From contig JBIKWF010000118.1 in the NCBI GenBank assembly GCA_044356455.1, positions 1 through 12,834 of the forward strand: a stretch of DNA of 12,834 bases, read 5' to 3'. This DNA is from Bdellovibrionota bacterium. GTDB lineage: Bacteria; Bdellovibrionota_C; UBA2361; JBGSMV01. The notes under the pieces were generated by a model. That model was not told where the DNA came from. It did not search any database and worked only from the letters and a program-made list of their open reading frames with translations. Made by a program: the position numbers and the translations under genes. Shown here piece by piece: positions 7,952-12,834 of this stretch; the first letter of the stretch is position 1; every line of letters starts with the position of its first letter.

Positions 7952-8596
7952 TTGAACAATTGGCGCATCATGACTGAATGGACCTCTCGCGAAAGAATTA
8001 TTCTCAACTCGCTCTCGACCCCGCCTCGAATCCAAGCCTACCTCAATACGCTCAAGTACAATATCGATCCCATCACTCGCTCGCCTAGGTTCGTCATGAA
8101 AACGAAAAAGGCACACTGCTTTGACGGCGCACTCTTTGCCGCTGCGGCTCTTGAGTTCCACGGCGACAAGCCTCTGCTCGTGGATATGCGCTCGAATAAA
8201 AATGATGATGATCATGTGCTCGCGGTCTACGAGCGACATGGCCGCTGGGGCTCCGTTGCAAAATCAAACTTTGCCACATGCCGCGGAAGGGACCCTGTGT
8301 ATGCGTCCCTGCGGGAGCTCATCATGTCGTATTTTGATGGCTGGTTTAACCTTGCGCGGGAGAAAACTCTGCGCGAGTTCTCAAAGCCCTTCGATCTTCG
8401 CAAAGTCAAAGACATTGCCTGGCGCACTACCGATGAAGATCTCGACCCGCTTGGGTTTCGGCTTGATGCTGTTAAGCACTATGCGCTACTCAAGCCCGCC
8501 CATATTCGCTTACTCAGCACCCCAGATGATTTGGCCTTTAAGGGGGCTACGCTTGGAACTGATGTGCGGGGGGCATTTAAGGTAAGGAAGGGCTAA
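7952..8596 (+). CDS. Conserved hypothetical protein, transglutaminase/papain-like Cys-His fold
   Basis: RSPR.V...KAHCFDGALFAAAAL (Cys56), DDDHVLAVY (His88), WGSVAKSN and RDPVY..LREL..SY. The start is either TTG 7952 or ATG 7970. Confidence 0.72.
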   Translation: MNNWRIMTEWTSRERIILNSLSTPPRIQAYLNTLKYNIDPITRSPRFVMKTKKAHCFDGALFAAAALEFHGDKPLLVDMRSNKNDDDHVLAVYERHGRWGSVAKSNFATCRGRDPVYASLRELIMSYFDGWFNLAREKTLREFSKPFDLRKVKDIAWRTTDEDLDPLGFRLDAVKHYALLKPAHIRLLSTPDDLAFKGATLGTDVRGAFKVRKG

Positions 8597-8689
8597 TGTG
8601 GTGAGCTGCAAACTCTCCTAAAAGTTGTAGCGTGTAAAAATTCAGATTTAATCTCGGAGTCAGCACACGGGCGCTTCGAAAGCGAAAAC

Positions 8690-8757
8690 TTTAACGCGAA
8701 GGGCGCGATGGACACGAAGGGACCAAACTCTCTTCCCTTCGCGTCCTTCGCGTTAAA
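8690..8757. repeat. 68-bp palindromic element with 13-bp perfect terminal inverted repeats and 9-mer subunits
   Basis: TTTAACGCGAAGG (8690-8702) is the reverse complement of CCTTCGCGTTAAA (8745-8757). Inner arms ACACGAAGGGA (8712-8722) and TCCCTTCGCGT (8734-8744) have one mismatch. Confidence 0.9.
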
Positions 8758-8805
8758 ATCAGAGCCCATACTGCCTCGGACACTGGCGGCAAGATTCAGA
8801 TGAAC

Positions 8806-9000
8806 TTAGGCCAAGCCCTTTTTCCTTTCGGCCACCAATTCCGCCAACTCCTTCTTTGCGGAATCGACGGCTTCCTGTTCGACCAGAAATTTATTAGAAA
8901 TTTTTATGGTAGCTGACGGGCGATGAAAAACGCGGGCTATCCAATAGCCCTCCTCGTCCTGCTCAGTATGAATTGTAAGCTCGTTCTCTGGAAGATCCAT
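8806..9000 (-). CDS. Small hypothetical protein (64 aa from ATG 9000, or 68 aa from GTG 9012)
   Basis: Directly downstream of mreB on the same strand, with purine-rich GAGTGAGAG before the ATG. It has a beta-beta-beta-alpha-like pattern and protein-like composition. Confidence 0.68.
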   Translation of the reverse strand: MDLPENELTIHTEQDEEGYWIARVFHRPSATIKISNKFLVEQEAVDSAKKELAELVAERKKGLA

Positions 9001-9036
9001 CAGAGCTCTCACTCACGCACGGCAAAAAAGCTCTGG

Positions 9037-10260
9037 TTAAAAGAGCACATGCTTATAAAGCTCTTGATTATCGAGGCAGCGCCCCGCACCTTCCGCTACC
9101 GAGGCAAGAGGGTCATCAGAAACCTTCACCGAAATGTTGAGCTCTTCACTAATTAGTCTATCAAGACCTTTAAGGAGTGCTCCTCCGCCCGCAAGCGAGA
9201 GCCCATGAGAGATTATATCGCCCGAAAGCTCAGGAGGCGTGTTCTCTAAAGCCTGACGTATGGCAGCAACGAGGGTTGAAACCACCTCACTGACGGCCTC
9301 TCGAATCTCAGCACCAGAAACCACCAACGCTGAAGGCGCACCGCTCGTAAGACTGCGGCCTCTGACCTCCATCTCTTGATTGTCATAATCTGGATGAGCG
9401 CAGCCAATCGTTTTCTTTACTAACTCAGCAGTTGCCTCACCAATCAGAAGATGATGGCGCCTACGCATATAGTTAATAATGGCCTCATCCATCGCATCCC
9501 CGCCCTGCCTGACAGAGGTGGAGTACACAAGGTCTTTCAAACTGATAATGGCAATGTCTGTGGTTCCGCCGCCGATATCAACGATAAGACTGGCGGTGGC
9601 TTCAGTAATGGGGAGGCCACAACCTATCGCGGCTGCCATAGCTTCATCTATGAGGCGAACCTCTCGGGCTGCCCCTTCAATAGAATCTCTGATTGCTCTC
9701 TTTTCTACTTCGGTTATCCCGCTAGGAACCCCGACAATTACTCTCGGACGGAGAAGCGCACGCGATTTTCTGCGCACCTTGCCTAAAAAGTGGCTTAACA
9801 TCATTCCCGCGACTTCAAAGTCTGCGATAACTCCCGTTCGGACTGGACGAATAACCTTAACCCCCTCGGGAGTCCTTCCAAGCATAACCTTGGCTTCAGA
9901 GCCGAATGCAACAGCTTGCTTGCGCTGTCCATCGAACCGAACGGCTACTATCGAGGGCTCATTTAAAACGATACCTCGCCCCTGCTCATAAATGAGCGTG
10001 TTGGCTGTGCCAAGGTCAATTGCGAGGTCTCTTGCTACAAGTCGAAACATACCGGATAGGCCTGAGGAAAATGCACTAAGCGAGCTAGACATAAGAGGCC
10101 CAAACCGGGAACCAGAAGAAGGCGCAAATCCCTTGAAAAGAACTTTAACCCTTGATCCAGCTACCGATACTCCTCCGTTTGAGACGCTCCTTGCTGAAGT
10201 CGCCCCCGCCACTTTGGCTGCTATTTCACCCTTAGATTCAGCAGAAATAGTTGCTTGCAC
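9037..10260 (-). CDS. mreB: Rod shape-determining actin homolog MreB
   Basis: DLAIDLGTANT, NEPSIVAV, GVIADF, ITEVEKRA, VDIGGGTTD, TPPELSGDI and GGGALLKGLD. The start is uncertain: GTG 10260 (with a GAGGAG RBS), ATG 10092 or ATG 10050. Confidence 0.95.
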   Translation of the reverse strand: MQATISAESKGEIAAKVAGATSARSVSNGGVSVAGSRVKVLFKGFAPSSGSRFGPLMSSSLSAFSSGLSGMFRLVARDLAIDLGTANTLIYEQGRGIVLNEPSIVAVRFDGQRKQAVAFGSEAKVMLGRTPEGVKVIRPVRTGVIADFEVAGMMLSHFLGKVRRKSRALLRPRVIVGVPSGITEVEKRAIRDSIEGAAREVRLIDEAMAAAIGCGLPITEATASLIVDIGGGTTDIAIISLKDLVYSTSVRQGGDAMDEAIINYMRRRHHLLIGEATAELVKKTIGCAHPDYDNQEMEVRGRSLTSGAPSALVVSGAEIREAVSEVVSTLVAAIRQALENTPPELSGDIISHGLSLAGGGALLKGLDRLISEELNISVKVSDDPLASVAEGAGRCLDNQELYKHVLF

Positions 10261-10265
10261 CGCCC

Positions 10266-10306
10266 CAGTCTCCTCGCCCAGAAAATTCAGTCTCTTCGCC
10301 CAGAAA
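10266..10306. repeat. 19-bp direct repeat pair, period 22 bp
   Basis: CAGTCTCCTCGCCCAGAAA (10266-10284) and CAGTCTCTTCGCCCAGAAA (10288-10306), one mismatch. Confidence 0.85.
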
Positions 10307-10450
10307 TCCTTATCGCCGCCCTCTTGAGACGCCTCTTTTAGTTGATGCGAATTGAACCGAAAGCGATGCTTCTTACCGCTCCGATTTAACTACGATTTTC
10401 ACTCTAAAAGCAACGCGCGAGAACTTCTTGGATTGCATTTGAAGAGACTC

Positions 10451-10480
10451 TTGCCCAGCGCCCTTCTCCCTCTCTAGACT
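10451..10480 (+). promoter_or_regulatory. Putative sigma70-type promoter for hbd
   Basis: TTGCCC-N18-TAGACT, about 30 nt before ATG 10513. An AGGA RBS lies at 10502. Confidence 0.4.
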
Positions 10481-10512
10481 AAGGCTCGTAAAAGCTTCGG
10501 TAGGAACTCTTT

Positions 10513-11388
10513 ATGGCTCAAGATTCAGGCAAAGCACGCATACAATCCGTGGGAGTGGTGGGCGCCGGTCAGATGGGCGCTGGCATCGCGCAAGTTTTTG
10601 CGGCAGCTGGCTTTAAAACACTGCTCTGGGATAAGAGCCCAGACTATCTCGCCCGAGGCATGAACGGGATTCACGGGCAGCTTGATAAACTGGTAGCCAA
10701 AGAAAAGATCAGCAAAGAAAGCGCAGCCAGCACCAAGGCAAACCTGTCTCAGGCTGCTACACTCAAAGACTTTGCTGGCTGCGACCTTGCGGTAGAGGCA
10801 ATTATTGAGAACGTCTCCGATAAGCAAGCGCTCTTTAAGGAGCTCTCCTCTCACATGAGGCCGGACTCCATTCTCGCAAGTAACACCTCCTCAATTTCTA
10901 TTACGCGCCTTGCCAGTGGGGTTACTAACCCTGGAAGGTTCATCGGTCTTCATTTCATGAACCCGGTTCCTGTAATGAAACTTGTCGAGGTTATTCGAGG
11001 ACTCCAGACCGAGGAGGCGACCTTCAAAGCCTCTTCCGAGATCATTGAGAAGCTCGGCAAGACGGCCGTCCTTGGCGTAGACAGCCCAGGGTTTGTGGTG
11101 AATAGAATTTTATGCCCGATGCTCAATGAAGCAATCTTCCTTCTCCAAGAAGGGGTCAGCAGAGAAGCGATTGATGCGGGCATGAAGCTCGGAACTAATC
11201 AGCCCATGGGGCCGCTTGAACTTGCAGACTTTGTTGGGCTCGATACGCTCCTTTATATTCTGCAGATTCTTCAGAGAGAGCTTGGCGAAGATAAGTACCG
11301 CCCCTGCCCGCTTCTGATTAAGTATGTCGAAGCAGGATGGTATGGGAGAAAGACTGGACGCGGATTCTACGAGTATCCCGCACGCTAA
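10513..11388 (+). CDS. hbd: 3-hydroxybutyryl-CoA (3-hydroxyacyl-CoA) dehydrogenase
   Basis: Rossmann GVVGAGQMGAGIA, VEAIIE, ASNTSSISIT, GLHFMNPVPVMKLVEVI, PGFVVNRIL, PMGPLELADFVGLD and GRKTGRGFY. Confidence 0.93.
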   Translation: MAQDSGKARIQSVGVVGAGQMGAGIAQVFAAAGFKTLLWDKSPDYLARGMNGIHGQLDKLVAKEKISKESAASTKANLSQAATLKDFAGCDLAVEAIIENVSDKQALFKELSSHMRPDSILASNTSSISITRLASGVTNPGRFIGLHFMNPVPVMKLVEVIRGLQTEEATFKASSEIIEKLGKTAVLGVDSPGFVVNRILCPMLNEAIFLLQEGVSREAIDAGMKLGTNQPMGPLELADFVGLDTLLYILQILQRELGEDKYRPCPLLIKYVEAGWYGRKTGRGFYEYPAR

Positions 11389-11528
11389 TTCCGCTCCGCC
11401 CTACTTTTTCGTAGTTCAGTCTGGGCAAAAATCTCGCGAAAAGCCCTGAGAGAAGAGCTGCGATTCGTAAAGGCCTGCATAGGAATGCCGACTCAAGATG
11501 ACGAGACATCTTTTGTAAGGAGAGTCCC

Positions 11529-11759
11529 ATGCGCGTCCTACCCTTGCTTCTTCTATCCCTTCTCGTTGGAGTCTCCTCGGCATATGCCAGTGGAGGGGAA
11601 AGCTGTAGCCAGTCCTGTCCGGACGGGCAGGTCCTTGTGAGCTTTGGCGACGGAAATTCGGCTAATTGCATGTGCCAAGAACAAGGGAGCTCCATGGTAG
11701 AAACTCCCAGCGATACGATTGACTGCGTCGATCCTGAGGACGACGGAACCTGCGAATAG
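11529..11759 (+). CDS. Small secreted Cys-rich acidic protein
   Basis: AAGGAG RBS and a Sec signal MRVLPLLLLSLLVGVSSAYA with an A-x-A site. The mature 56 aa contain 6 Cys. Confidence 0.78.
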   Translation: MRVLPLLLLSLLVGVSSAYASGGESCSQSCPDGQVLVSFGDGNSANCMCQEQGSSMVETPSDTIDCVDPEDDGTCE

Positions 11760-11853
11760 CGCTTAAGCTACTGAATTTACCAGACAAAATTAAGCGCTCC
11801 GTCCTCGGTTTGTGGCCATAACTAAGGTGTCGATTTTTATAGGCACTTTTCCC

Positions 11854-12834
11854 ATGGCGAGCGAAGTGGACGGAGCGACTGCACCCTTAAGCGCAAACCT
11901 GCGCAGCCTTGATGCTGTACCCCAGTTAAGCGCCGGCTCTTCTCGCGAAGCGCTACAAAGAGATGCTGCGGGGATAGCCCCAGAAAAGCCACTGCTTCCA
12001 GGTAATCCCCTACTCCTACAGTCTCAGCGTGGGGAGTCACTTATCGACCAATCAAGCCGAGCGGCAGATGCCATTGCCTTCCTTAGAGGCGAGCGCAGAA
12101 TCGCAATAAAGAGCGATCAAACCCTCTCAACTACGATACAAGGCCTCCTTGCTGACCCGAGCCTAATAACCTCAACGGCAGGATTCCTTAGCGTTTCAAA
12201 ATTAACCGAGATGATAAAGGCGTTACTGCAACGCAGCACCGCTCCCGTTCAACAAGAGCGAAGCGCCCACCAAGAGATCCAGCAGCACGAGGCGGAAACT
12301 CTCCAAGTTAAAAAACAAAAAAAAGCGCTGGATGAGGACGAAGAGGACCTCCCCACCGAACAAATCACCCCAGACAAACCGACCACGCCTCAAGGACTTC
12401 TGGCGAAAGGATGGGGAGCTCTTTCCGATGCCTTCTCTAGCCTCGTCAGATTCGTAGGTAGGGTTTGCTCCGAGGCAATTTCAGGCATCAAGACACTTAT
12501 CAGGGGAAAGCCGGAGTCGAAGATTTTTACTCCGTGGACTCCCCATGATTCGGCGCAGTCTGACACCGTCCAGCAAGCACCAGAGCCAAGAAAACACCTT
12601 TCTCTCCCCTTGGAATGGAAGGAGAGATTCGGCGACGATCCAGCCGAGGAAGTTAAAGCCATCGCAAAGTCGATGCAGGTCATTCTCGAGGAACTTGCGC
12701 GTGAGGAGTATCTTGAGGAACAAGCAGAGGAGCGCAAAGAAGCGCAGCAGCAGGAAGAACGCGAAGAGCGCATGAATGAACTACGAGACGAGCTCGCAAA
12801 ACTTATTACCCCGCTTGCTGACGGCACAGTCCCT
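11854..12834 (+). CDS. Hypothetical protein with an amphipathic helix and a charged coiled coil, 3'-truncated by the window edge
   Basis: Manual translation from ATG 11854 gives 327 codons with no stop (MASEVDGATAPLSANLRS...ELRDELAKLITPLADGTVP). It is not in the ORF track because the stop lies outside the window. Confidence 0.8.
   Translation, partial: MASEVDGATAPLSANLRSLDAVPQLSAGSSREALQRDAAGIAPEKPLLPGNPLLLQSQRGESLIDQSSRAADAIAFLRGERRIAIKSDQTLSTTIQGLLADPSLITSTAGFLSVSKLTEMIKALLQRSTAPVQQERSAHQEIQQHEAETLQVKKQKKALDEDEEDLPTEQITPDKPTTPQGLLAKGWGALSDAFSSLVRFVGRVCSEAISGIKTLIRGKPESKIFTPWTPHDSAQSDTVQQAPEPRKHLSLPLEWKERFGDDPAEEVKAIAKSMQVILEELAREEYLEEQAEERKEAQQQEEREERMNELRDELAKLITPLADGTVP

Noticed and set aside
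8672..8684. Small hairpin CGCTT-CGA-AAGCG as a terminator
   Set aside because: The stem is short and has no downstream U-tract on either strand.
9451..10327. Plus-strand ORFs 9451..9786, 9479..9991 and 9992..10327
   Set aside because: They are antisense shadows of mreB with no independent coding signal.
11829..11836. GTCGATTT as a sigma28 -10 element
   Set aside because: There is no TAAA-like -35 at the expected spacing.
12310..12324. A6-C-A8 run as a frameshift or phase-variation site
   Set aside because: The frame reads through intact as KKQKK, and Lys codons explain the run.
12390..12827. Minus-strand Ser-rich ORF and nested short ORFs
   Set aside because: They are the antisense mirror of Glu-rich codons in the longer plus-strand ORF starting at 11854.

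Overview
Bacterial chromosomal window, mostly housekeeping and envelope genes. 1-5927 is the distal part of a bat/VWA operon: partial DUF58, a DUF4381-like membrane protein, batA, a batB-batC (VWA+TPR) fusion with a long Ser-rich tail, and batD. A convergent small membrane protein follows, then tRNA-Lys(TTT) with two tandem 139-bp hairpin-rich repeats starting right at its 3' end. Next come an LPG-synthase-TM/UPF0104 flippase-like gene, a Cys-His transglutaminase/papain-like gene and a 68-bp palindrome built from 9-mer units. On the minus strand lie a small ORF resembling a release-factor domain without GGQ and a solitary mreB with a probable N-terminal extension. The window ends with 3-hydroxybutyryl-CoA dehydrogenase, a small secreted Cys-rich acidic protein, and an ORF of at least 327 codons that runs off the right edge and is absent from the ORF track. 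I saw no integrase, transposase or CRISPR array. No complete new system can be demonstrated from sequence alone; the best leads are the tRNA-abutting repeats, the 9-mer palindrome and the mreB plus GGQ-less RF-like pair. All family assignments are by motif recognition, not database search.
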